DNA of 33,613 bases, taken from Trichoplax sp. H2 (taxonomy: Eukaryota). Shown piece by piece: positions 1 to 11,801 of the stretch (position 1 is the stretch's first letter; each line of letters starts with the position of its first letter). The position numbers and the translations under genes were made by a program. The DNA lies in assembly GCA_003344405.1 (NCBI GenBank), contig NOWV01000240.1:62001-95613 (forward strand). Reading direction: 5' to 3'. Below the pieces are notes generated by a model, which worked only from the letters and a program-made list of their open reading frames with translations, ran no database searches and had not been told where the DNA came from.

Positions 1-244
1 TCACTTTTCCCTAGTAATTATATTCATACAGTTAAACAGTTGTAGTGAAGCCCCAAATATGGCTTAGATTACGATCCAAGATTGTACGAGAAAAGTTTAA
101 ACCGTACACTAGATGGTAAAGGTTAGACGAATCTAACTTATGTAATAAAGTGAAACTGGCAAGAAACTGTAGTTCTTAATTTATTGTTAAAGATCACTTT
201 ATCACAACAGTATAATAATTAATTATGTTATGCTATTAGATATC

Positions 245-585
245 ATGATTAGCAAATGTTCATTTTGCACATTGACGGATAAAATCTTGAGGAATAGCAT
301 CCCGATCATTTTTCTCTAGTGATTATGATGGGCTAATTTATGTAATCGGCGATTTTATGTAACGTAGCCGTATAAATTTGACCGGCAAGGGATCCCGACT
401 AGTTTATATGTTCACCGGCTATGTTATATAGTCACCGATCGAGCGGCGACTATATAAAATTAGCAGCGGTTATATAAAATCACCGATTGCATAAATTAGT
501 CCCATCATTATGATTAGCAAATGTCCATTTTGCCCGCGGATGGATAAAAACTTGATGAAGAATAGTATCTCAATCATATTCTCTA
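245..585. repeat. ~75-bp imperfect direct repeat pair (245-318 and 510-585) flanking the foldback element
   Basis: ATGATTAGCAAATGT(T/C)CATTTTGC...GGATAAAA.CTTGA...GAATAG.ATC...ATCAT.TTCTCTA occurs at both positions. Confidence 0.85.
325..508. mobile_element. Putative non-autonomous MITE/foldback element (~184 bp) with ~40-bp terminal inverted repeats
   Basis: 325-363 ATGATGGGCTAATTTATGTAATCGGCGATTTTATGTAAC is the reverse complement of 469-508 with 3 mismatches and 1 indel. There is an internal hairpin at ~424-457 (TTATATAGTCACCG...CGGCGACTATATAA) and no ORF. Confidence 0.6.
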
Positions 586-1505
586 CATTATACAGCATAA
601 TAATTATCGTATAGATAGATAGAGTGGACTATTTTAAATACTTTACACAATAAATAGTTGAAATTAATCAGATGAAATTAAACAGCCATACTTCAAATGT
701 TGTGGAACCAACGTATCGAGTCGAAAGTAGCCCTTATACATACATTGAAACAGATTATAACCATTCTTTGGCGTATAAGTCAATATCAATATGGAACAAT
801 TCGAATCAGTCATAAGTTGGCTTATTCTTTCATGTACAATAACAGCCACTAGGGCCATGATGTCGACTAATTTTAATGCCATATCGAATATCTCACCGGT
901 GCTGGTGGCTTTACAGTAAACCCAACTTTACTTACTTAATAACTATCTCAAATAGCTTAATGGTATAGCCCAGATTTAATTATGCAATAAACAGAATAAA
1001 TCTCCCGCGAAATAGATCTCTTTTTATTTTCACAGATACCAAAGTAGGTCAAGTTACTGTATACCTTTATGGCAGTTATTCGATTGTAGATTAAGATATA
1101 GTACCGTATTCATCCTGAAATATTCAATTTTTTTATCCAATAGCGTGATCAGATTACAAATGCTCTATACCAACAGACATTATTTAACAAAAGCTCAGTT
1201 GAGCAATTAAAATTATAAAGTCATGATGAAAATATCTAGCTCAATAGCCGTGGCATCTTTAGGCGCTAACTTCTGTGCTGGTGTGATTATAGATAATTTA
1301 TATATTACGAGTCGTACAGATTATATTCGAATTAAAATTAACTACATCTAGGACGTATACCTTCCTGTACTTCAGTCTATATTATTACATGTTAAAATGA
1401 CAAGAAAGGATAAATTCAGAAAGGTAAGATACTTGGAAAAAGACTACTAAAAGTTGGTATGACAAGTATACAGAAGCTAAAGGTATCTCAATTCTTAGAT
1501 TTGAG

Positions 1506-3621
1506 CTAGAATTTATGACTATTGGATATACTGGTGCCTTTGATACGATTATTGTTGGCTTGATGCAGCTTAAATAAAACTATGATTAAAGTGGTTATAA
1601 AAATTGCTGCAATAGCTGCTAAAATGTATGTAGCTATCATATACTCTCTGCGAACCATGCCGGACATTGCAGGATTGTTGGTGGTCATCATTGTCGTAGA
1701 AGGCGTAATCATTCCTTTAGTCGGTGTCGGTGTCGGCTTTGTCGTTGGTGTGGGAACGGTAGTGCTGGGTACTCCCAGCTTTGGTAATAGCTTGTTCCAG
1801 AATGCAACACGATCAGAAAGATAATCCTTTCTAATTTCTGATTGATTGCTAATTTTAAAGTAGGATGCATTATTTGCATTATACATAGGCCACTGCGCAG
1901 CCGATGATGCCATTGTCGGTGTACTAAAATCGGTAAGTAAATCGTTGCAAAAAAATTGTAAAAAGTTATACAGTATATGAGTTGGTATCATTTAATATAA
2001 ACACGTATACAACATATAGATTTAAATAATTTATGACAAATAATTAATTAATAATAAAGCCGTAGTAACATTATTCTTGAGAGTAAATCAATTGCGGTGA
2101 TTACTATAGCTACAAGTAGGGATATTCAATGACTTACCCATGCTTAATAAAACTGCCCCAAATTTGCATGATATCACGAGATACCGCAACATCTTCAGAT
2201 GTGAAATTAGCTGAAAAACTGCTTGGCCTATTAATAGGATAACCCATTACATAAGGCACTTCCATTGTATGTGTAACACCCATATACGGAGGAAATGCAG
2301 TAGATAATTGAGTTCGAAATGCAAATTCGTAATAGTAAGTGGATACACCGTCAGCTGAATATTTTCTTGCGCATTTGTCAGCTGGTGCCACAAAAAAAAA
2401 GTCATTGAATAACTTATTAATTTCGTCTCTGTTAGCAATTGGATCATTTTCTTTTGCATATTTTGTATATTGATATTCGATAGCAGACCTTGATTGTTGG
2501 CTATATGCGGCAAAATAGCCGGCGATTGTACCCAGAAAGACAGCTCGTGGTAAACCTTGACCAATATTTTGATACCGATTAACTTGTAAGAATATGGAGC
2601 CATCATCAGTGGTTGTGCCCAACATTGTATTCACTTTTTCATATTGTCCATTTTTTAACAGTGTCTCTGGACTGTCAGGTAAAAATTGGCCTCCTGCAAC
2701 AACTACAAATCCTAATGGATAAGTTGCCATCGTTGTTAATTGAGCTGTGAGTAACTCTTTCATAGTAAGTGCTCGAAGACATGTTACAATTTGAGCTGCT
2801 GTCGAACGACTACAATTTGAAAGCTGGGCAACTTTTTGGAATACTATGTTTGGTATTTTAAAATCAACGTAATAGAATTGTGGCATAATAGGGGCACCAC
2901 TCTCCATAATGATGCGATGAAATAGGCCTTTACTACCTTGGGACATTGTATGCAATCCTACAGATACAGCACCAACAGAATTGCCTGCAATAGTTACATT
3001 TTGTGGATTACCGCCAAATTTGGCAATATTGTTACGAATCCACTTCAAAGCTAATTGTTGATCGAGTAAGCCAAGATTTGGTTCAATAGGGTAATTGTCA
3101 TTGACTTTAGATGTTGTCATAAAGCCGAAAGCACCTAATCGATAATTCATGGTAACTGTGACGATATTTTGATTAGCAGATAGTACTTTGCCTTGCCATC
3201 TCGATCCACTACCGTAGTAATAAGCTCCGCCATGGATAAATACAAATACAGCAAGATTGGAGGCATTATTGGTTGTTGGTGTCCACACGTTCATATACAG
3301 ACAGTCTTCGTTAACTTGACCTTGTTTCGTTTGTGAACTAAGATCAGGAATTGGTAACGCTTGGGGACAAGCATACGGCAATGTCGTTGTATTCTTAGTT
3401 TGTGTCCATGGTGTTTGAATCGGCTGAGGAGATTGAAATCTTAAATTACCTACTGGTGGTTGCGCGAAAGGGATACCGAGATATCCATAAACAGCTTTAC
3501 CTTCAATATTATAATTTTTACTTTGAACTGGACCTTTATCGGTTTGTACGATATTAGCCCAAGAAAATATCGACAAAATTAAGACTGTTAGAAAGCAAAG
3601 ATAAATTTTCTCCGCACCCAT
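1506..3621 (-). CDS. Type-B carboxylesterase/cholinesterase-family type-I membrane protein, paralog A (~633 aa)
   Basis: Exons 3621-2138 and 1923-1506, joined by a phase-2 GT-AG intron to give FIKHG-TPT..WPMY. Motifs: signal peptide, LGIPFAQPPVGNLRF, EDCLYMNVW, HGGAY, GNSVG nucleophile, GTTTDDG acid, GVTHTME His. These are followed by a Thr/Pro stalk, TM helix (YILAAIAAIFITTLIIVLF) and short tail. Confidence 0.92.
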
Positions 3622-6600
3622 CTTGTACGCGATGGAAACTTCTAAAGAATAAACCCTTCACGGTTACATAGATGGTTAAATAAACTCTTCTCATCAATAA
3701 CATGATAAATAGTTTTCTTTCAATAGATGTCCTATCGAATGTTGGTAGCATTGTTAGATTATTTCATGACATCATAATATATTGTTTCTAACTGTGAAAT
3801 GTCAGTAACATAAGAAGCAAATGAAGAGTCAATTATTTTTGACAGATAATAATAGTAATGTCTTTCGGTATAAAATTAGATTATTTATGTAACTTGATAA
3901 GTTTGTAAAGTAAGTGACTTAAGTCATTGATACGTAATATTGTCTATCATCATTCTTCGTTACATGTACAGCATTATAGTAAGGATACGCTTAAGTTGTT
4001 ATAAAAACGAATTAGAAGCAGCGTATTTTGTTGTAATTTTGATTTGGGCAAGGTTACATGACATTTAATAACGAGATATACTAATACTAATTAATTATTA
4101 AAAAATGATTAAATCAGGAATTATTATTTTTGTATGATAATAGTTATTCTGATTGAATATCGCTGATCGAATTTTGAGAAATATGAATCGGTTATCAGAA
4201 TTGTAATAACCGTTTTAATGACTGTTTGAATATTTTAATGTTAGTTAAACTTCATCAACAAAATGACTAATGTATATACTGTACTTCAGTAGGCAATTGT
4301 AATTATTTGCAATTCATGAGAAAATTATATTTTAATGATAATATGTAATTGGTAATCTTCTCAGTTTGAAAGGATTGTCTTAAACTTGAGGTTTGTACTG
4401 TATGTCTTGAACTGTTTATGATAAGTTATCAATGTATCTATTTTTATAATTTTTGATTATTCTCGTTTATAGTGCGAAAATTTACAGTCATCTTAGTTGT
4501 TGACAACATTTTAACATTAAACTAAAATTTATAAAGTGGTAGAAAAACCCTTCTATTACATACTAGTTGCAAACAATAACCTACCATATTCTTGACTACG
4601 TGAGAAAATGCTAAATAACATATTTACATTCATTCGTTCCACAGCATGTCGTGAATTAATTTCATCTGTACGCCTATACATGCAGCTGGTACAACAATAA
4701 AAGCATTAACATGGCAGAAAGAACGAAAACTGTTTTATCTTGACCTTTTACTACTAGTCATTGTTTTTGTAAGCCATTATATATTTAGCCTAAGGGTAAA
4801 AAAACAATCCTTTTGCTAATTTTAAAATAAAACAGATTATGTATTGGCAATTACTGTTACCATTCTATATTATTTTCTACCCTATAGCAAGTTTAACCCT
4901 ATATATAGACTACTAAAGACAAATGGCTATTCGCTATTGTAGATAGTTCCTAAGAAGATCGCTAAACCATACGGTAACGTGAATAGCAAGCGATAGCGTA
5001 GGCGATGGCGCATACTGGTATCTCGATATACTGTATTTAATTTTACTCATTCAATTTATTGGATATTTCAATCATTTTTAGAAATATACCAAACCAAATT
5101 AATCGAAGCCAAGCGTATACCCTCTTTCAATCAAACGAGGGCTATAGACAATTACACATGATTGTATTTCGTCGCTCAATGAGTTTTAAATTTTCTAAAC
5201 TTGAATAATCAAAAGAAAATTGTGCCCTACCATTTTCTTCATTTGTAAGAACGAATAATGTAATAATGAGCAATTAGAAATGCAAATGATTGATGTTGTA
5301 GAGCTGTGAAAATAGGCTATTTTGAAGTCATTTTATATCTTGTAAAAGTGAAACCTTCCTTAACATACAACAAATATATGATATCTCTGTCCTGTCATCT
5401 GCTACTTGTTTATAAGGGATTAGAATCTAACTTTGTTGTTTTAATTAAGGGTTAATATCCATATTATTAACCCTTCATTGGATACTCTAAGCAATTACTA
5501 TATTTACCCAATTATTGATTACCTACGAGTATATAACTTTCTTTTGGTTAAGCTAAGGTAGTGACGAGTCAGTTTTAGCAATATCTTATAAATTATTGTC
5601 ACTATTGATGTAATTATTTAACTAAAATTGCATTAAGAAATAGTGATATCGTCTTAATCAAATAAATGCTATAACCCCGGTCACTTATTCTAAAAATAAA
5701 AGTATCTACTGTAGTTAATAATATGTGAGAAATTATTTTGTTACAAAATGAATGCCAACTGTTGTTTTAGATCACACGAGTAAAGTTATTGATCTTCTAT
5801 GATTTAATTCTACTACCAATCTGCCCATTAATAGGTAGTCTTTAGTGAAGCGAAGTTATTTGCTAATAAATAAAGTATTAGACTATCTTTACTATGAATA
5901 AAAGAGTAAAATATACTGTTATTCGATTACGATGTCTAAAGAGAGTGTTTAAGCTAGTATGTCTGCAGCGCCATAAACTTTGATACAAAAAGGAATATGA
6001 ATAAGTCATATCTAGCATTCGAATTACTTGAAATTTTGAAATTAACTGATTTTGCTCATGGGACTGCTCTTATTGAGGACACTTTCTGTGCAATTAGTGA
6101 CCATCAGATGATATAAAAATTCCTGATTTTATGCAATTTAATTTAGAAAGGAATACAAATTGACAATACAGTTTTTTCATTATCCACAGGATGTGGCCAT
6201 TTCGAACTATAAATTGGATATGACTGCTTTTAGACTGATTACAGACAGTATTGGAAAGTAATCTTTATTGTGATAGACGATACAGTTCAATGAAAGCATT
6301 ATTGGCTACTTTGTAGTATCGAGATTTTATGAGTAGAAGACTTTTATAATAATTGATGGAGATAAAATTGAAATAATATACCGAATACTTATATAAGTGA
6401 AGATAGCTTTAGGTCATTTCTCCGATATTTCAGCTATGATGAATTTGGTAGCTGAGATTGATTTGTTAATTTAATTTTTATAGATTATAAGCTACTTCGT
6501 TATAAAACAGGCTGACTAAAAAATTCCTGTTAGACTCTTAGCTTCTGTGGATAATATTCGCATAAATACTCGAGTAGGATACGCGTATATGGGGTGTAGT

Positions 6601-8942
6601 TCTCGGATGTATTTGTTAGTATTGGGATAAAGGCTCTATTGATAATATGTTCGTATAATAGTAAGTCGACGTTAGTTTAGTAGATGAAATCGGATTTTAG
6701 GAAATTACATAGAAGTTACTTTAAATATTACAGTAGTTGTGACTTGAAGAATTGCTTGAAGGGAGATTGAATTCATCTATGAAACTATGTTGTATTCTGT
6801 TCTAGTCGACATGGTTAATTTGTCTAGTAAGAAGTAAGGCAATAAAAAATTGTGAATTGGCGTCTATGCGATATCAAATATGTATGGTAGTTTTGCATTT
6901 ACTCGATGTAATAGCTTTATACAAATGTTATTGTTTTTAATTAAGATATCAATATCATTCTGTTAAGATTCATGTTTTGATCACTTAAAAGAATTGTCGT
7001 TTTTTCTTGTGTTGTATATCATTTTTATTTATTTTACGAGTACCTATATTCGGAGAAAGAGTATCTTCTGATTAATTATTATTAATAACTCATTCAATTT
7101 CTTGCAAAGATAAAAAATATCAAATTTGATTTCATAATAGGTAGATGTATAGTTTTATTGGTTGCGCTGTATTTACAATATTATGTATCCACACGATAAA
7201 GATGAATATTCGGAAATTGAGATGCGATACTCGTAAATTTTATGACCTATCGTAGTTTAGCATCTAAATTCTATCCAACTCCAAAGCCGTAGATTGAATA
7301 GATATCTCTTATGTATTTTATGTGCAAGCACATATGAATTTATATACTGCCATACTAAGCGGCAGTGATGCATCTTAATATGATGGTGGTATTAGTTTTA
7401 GTCAATTGCAGTAGGAATATGTTTTAAAAGCGTACTAGTGTTATGAACTAAAGTACTGTGTAGCGTAGGATTGTTTCTGTGGTGAATAAAGTAGTTGTAG
7501 ACGATGGCTGTTATAATGAAATTTCGGGTTAGAGGATTGCAAACCTAGGGGTTACAAAACCCATTTATTACATATTTTGGCGCTACGAGTACTACATCTA
7601 TAGATTTTAATAGGGGAGTTTTCTAAATTGTCAATAATTTTAATAATGGCTATTCACTGCAGTATCGCTTATAAACGAATTCGACGAGTTGCTAAGTACT
7701 ATAAATTTTCGTATTTTGGTACATCGTGAATTATTTGCCGATGTTAACACCGATATAATGAGTTAATTTCGAATCGCTACCATTATTGTACATTTGAAGC
7801 AGGGAATGAAGAGCTGAATATAATTATGTCAGCATTGTATTACATCATGGCTAAAAAATGATTGCAGCTATGCTATTGTACATGCTCAGTGGCTAAGCTA
7901 ATAACTCACCATATGTTATTGCAAAAACTGAGAAATTACCTACAACATATAGTGCTTTTGGGGTATGGAATGCCTTAGTTCGTTTATGTTTATTTATAGG
8001 CCAACCATCCAAGTTGTATTGACCCATTAGTAATAATGTTCGGTAAAGCTTTGCTGGGTTGCTTAAATGAGAAAGAAGGTGAATGATAGAATTTGACGCA
8101 AAAATACTGTCCCTTTCATATGGAATCTACGATCACAAAGTATTAATTTTGCTTCACACTCGTACATTAAATCGCACGGCATTAAAGTAACTACGCCGAG
8201 TGGGCGAAAATTTATAAGTTAGAACAAGTATGACTAAATATCTAGATTTGCTCTGCATAGATTAAAAGATAATACCTATTGTCGGCATAGAAATGGAGAT
8301 CTCTAGCAGTTTATAATATTGGATTTGGCTGTATCTTCGCTTTCGCCAAGACAACGAAGGCTGTGAACAGTTTATGAAATAACTGAATAGCCGACTACAT
8401 TTCTGGTTTTAACTTCATTTGAACTCGGTAAAGTGTTATGCTATACTGAATCATTCATTATACAGGGATTAGTCGATCCTTTGCTCGTTATACTTCGTGC
8501 ACTATTTTACTTTACAATATATCACTGATGGGATAGGGCACAAATATGGGGTTGTAGTAGTTGTAACTCAAACACAACTCGATCAAATATGTCAAAAATT
8601 TTATCTGGAGACACTCGATACGAGCAGAAGAATTGATGCTTGTTTATTAACTGTAAATGAGATTTCGATATTACTATAATTACGCTGAAAATTGCAGATA
8701 AAATTGAGCAATGATCAGTCTCCATTCTATGAGTAAAATATTAATAAATATTACGTAGAACCATGTTGTAATCACATAAAAATCATTAAATGATAATATT
8801 CCATTCACTTGTATACAAATTACACTGTAGTTGAGTATGACCATTGCCATGAATAATAATAGTGTTCAATACGATAAGTAACTCAACAAATTTGAATATT
8901 ACTGTATACCCTCGACTATCCTCCTTGGTAAATATTTCAACC

Positions 8943-11141
8943 CTACAGGTTTTCATCTTCAGCTTTGGTATTATTTATTAAATGTGTCAAATTTTTGGAT
9001 GGCCCCCGCCGGTAGCGGACTACACAGTATATTACTATGGCAATTGCAATGGCACATAATAAACCAAACTGAACGTAAGTTCCAGTAATGTAGGCGGGAT
9101 CGGCACATTGCTTTGGCGATGGAGTAAGCGGTGGAGTAAGTGGTGAAGTATTTTGAGTACACTTACTCGGTTGCTTTGTTAATTGTGGCCAGAATTGATT
9201 CCAAAATGCAACATAGTTTGCTCGTGGTGAGCGGTAGACCTGTGGAGCTAATGCTACTTTTAGATAATTTCCAGTATTGGAATTGTACTTTGGCCATACG
9301 ACGGGATTATTTGAGACTGGGTTTCTGAAAAAATTAAAGTAGAGCAGTATTAAATCAAAGTTAGCTAATCAATCGGGTTTTCATTAACTAAAATAATTTA
9401 CTCTAATGAAGTTGCGATTAGCATTGTACTGTAAAAATTCTACCCTTAATTAACTTATTAAATAATGAAGGCAAAGGCTTGATGATCAACAGTGATCGTT
9501 TCAATTTGTACTTCGATATAGATGTACGAGACTTTTTGTATTGTACTTAGTATCAATAGAAAATGTGATAGATCATAGCTGTTTTAGTTTACACTAGTAA
9601 CGATTAGGATTTGTTAATGTCTGAACTTAATACAGGGATTAAAGAGAAGACAATTTTGATTAATTAATTTAATAGATGACTTGCCCGTTATAGACGAAAT
9701 TGGACCAATACTGAATCAAAGAATGGCTAATACGGAGGTCATTTGGTGAATATCTCCTATTGTCATTGGTCGGTTGACGAATGGGATAACCAAAAAGATA
9801 GCTGATCTCAGATCCAACCGGTATATACTTGGGCTTAAAAGCAAAATTGATGGAATCGTTGATAGGATAGCTAAATTGATACATGTACGATGAAATTCCT
9901 TGAGCAGCAAACTTCTTCAATGTAGAAACCAGTGGAGCTGTAACGATGTAATCGGAATATAAGTATGATAATTGTTGCTGATTAGTGACAGGGGATGATT
10001 CGTTATTCCAATCTGTATAGCGATTTTCAATGGCAGATCTTGCAACAAGATTAGTGTAACTGAATAACCAATCAAGTTGAGTTATAAATTGCTGTCGTTG
10101 AATTCCACTACTCGAACCAGAAACAGGATTGGCCACACTTGCCATAACCTGAACCTGACGATTAAATTGATTATTGTTTAAAGCCACTACAGGATCAGTT
10201 TGAATAATATTTCCATCGATAACAGCTTTAAACATGTTATCGTATGTTGAAGGAGTTAAAGATGATTGAACAGATAAAATGTTTGCAATAGGTAAATTGC
10301 GTAAACAGGATAGGATCGATTTTGCGGTCGTTTGTACACTACAATGAGATTTTTTGAGGAATTGTTGCATAGATTTATTGGTTGCATTTAAATTCGAATA
10401 ATACATACGTGGCATGAGTGGAGATCCACTGACCAAGGCAATGCGTTGATATAAGCCATGTTGTTGTGTTGAATTTAGAAATTGTAAACCAATTGAGAAG
10501 GCACCAGTGGATGTACCAGCTAAAGTGACTCGCCTAGGGTTACCACCAAAATTGGCAATATTCTTTTGAATCCACTGTAAGGCCATGACCTGATCTAAGA
10601 TGCCTAAATTAGGTGTAATGATCGATCGACCCATGGTATCAGTCCCTGTTAAATAGCCTAAAGCTCCTTGACGAAAATCGAAGGTCACAACAATCAATTT
10701 GCCAGTGACGGCGAAAGCTTGACCATTGAATAACTCCGTATTCATCGAGGATGGAGAATCACCATGAAGCCAAACAAGAACAGGTAAAGGATTATTTGAC
10801 GATTGATTTGCTGGTACGTAAACATTCAAGTAAAGACAGTCTTCACTTTTGGTTGAAGTTGAAGAATCTGCAATACTGTGATAACATAACTTTGGTGTAG
10901 TCGTAGCTTGGCGTATTCCTGTCCATTTGGTAGGTTGTACAGGGCGATAAAATCGAAAATTTCTGACTGGCGGTTGAGCATAGGGTATGCCAAGAAAAGT
11001 AAAGCATGATTGATTACTATTGATAGGTGTAATGTTCCCTTTGATTTTTCCTGAATCAATTTGAACTGTCAAATCACTTTGAATGAAAGCATTATTACAG
11101 ACTAGATTGATCAAGACGAGTGCCAATACAACGGTCTTCAT
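8943..11141 (-). CDS. Carboxylesterase-fold type-I membrane protein, paralog B, probably catalytically inactive (~612 aa)
   Basis: Exons 11141-9685 and 9324-8943. Exon 2 is not in the ORF track and reads NPVSNNPVVWPKY...VAFWNQFWPQL...TYVQFGLLCAIAIAIVIYCVVRYRR...AEDENL*. The phase-2 intron is at the same position as in the paralogs but has a GCAAGT donor. LGIPYAQPP, SEDCLYLNVY and GTSTG are present; the oxyanion, acid and His motifs are degenerate. Confidence 0.88.
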
Positions 11142-11801
11142 AACGGTCCTTGATGTCGACTAAATAGGGATGAAAACTCTTTTTACAACTGTTCCGTTTC
11201 TATCGATGCAAATCGAGGAGAAAAAATGAATCACTTTGGGCCCCTGTTCCCTATAGCGTTTTTGTCATACGATCTTTTACTTTGTCCTATTTACCGACTG
11301 TAATCTATTTATTTATTTTCACTTACTTGTTAGTACAGTACAGTAGCGTGGTAAAGGAGTTTCTAAATTTATTAATGGCAGGCCATCAAATGCATTATTC
11401 ATTCATCCCAAGCTGTCGATGATAAGATCGAGAACGCTGATAGGACAGTACTATACCGTATTGTATAGTATCGATTATCAGCCTGGTTATCCATCGTGTT
11501 TTCTGTATAGGCATTACGGGCCAAGAAAATATTCCTTTTCTCCCCTATGGTAATTTGTAGTCAGTGTCTTTGTCTGAAAGAAAATGGTTGAGTTATTAGG
11601 TTCCAGTATGGACCAAGTACAGTGCGGTATAATTTATTGTCGTCCGAAAGGGATAAGATGCTTTCACCTCTGACAAAGTATAAAACAGTATCCAATCGGA
11701 AGACCTCAAATTTAATTGGCTTGTGAATTATTAGAAGAAGAAGAAGAATGATGATAATAATTGTTATTATTGTTGTTGTCTAGGCTATTTTATCTTAGCC
11801 A

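Noticed and set aside
1582..1824. Hydrophobic plus-strand ORF (also 13876-14082, 9140-9328, 18732-18914, 27752-28192)
   Set aside because: These are antisense shadows of real minus-strand exons.
8943..11141. Paralog B as a pseudogene or a secreted single-exon protein
   Set aside because: The frame is intact, and a GC-AG intron links it to a complete stalk/TM/tail exon.
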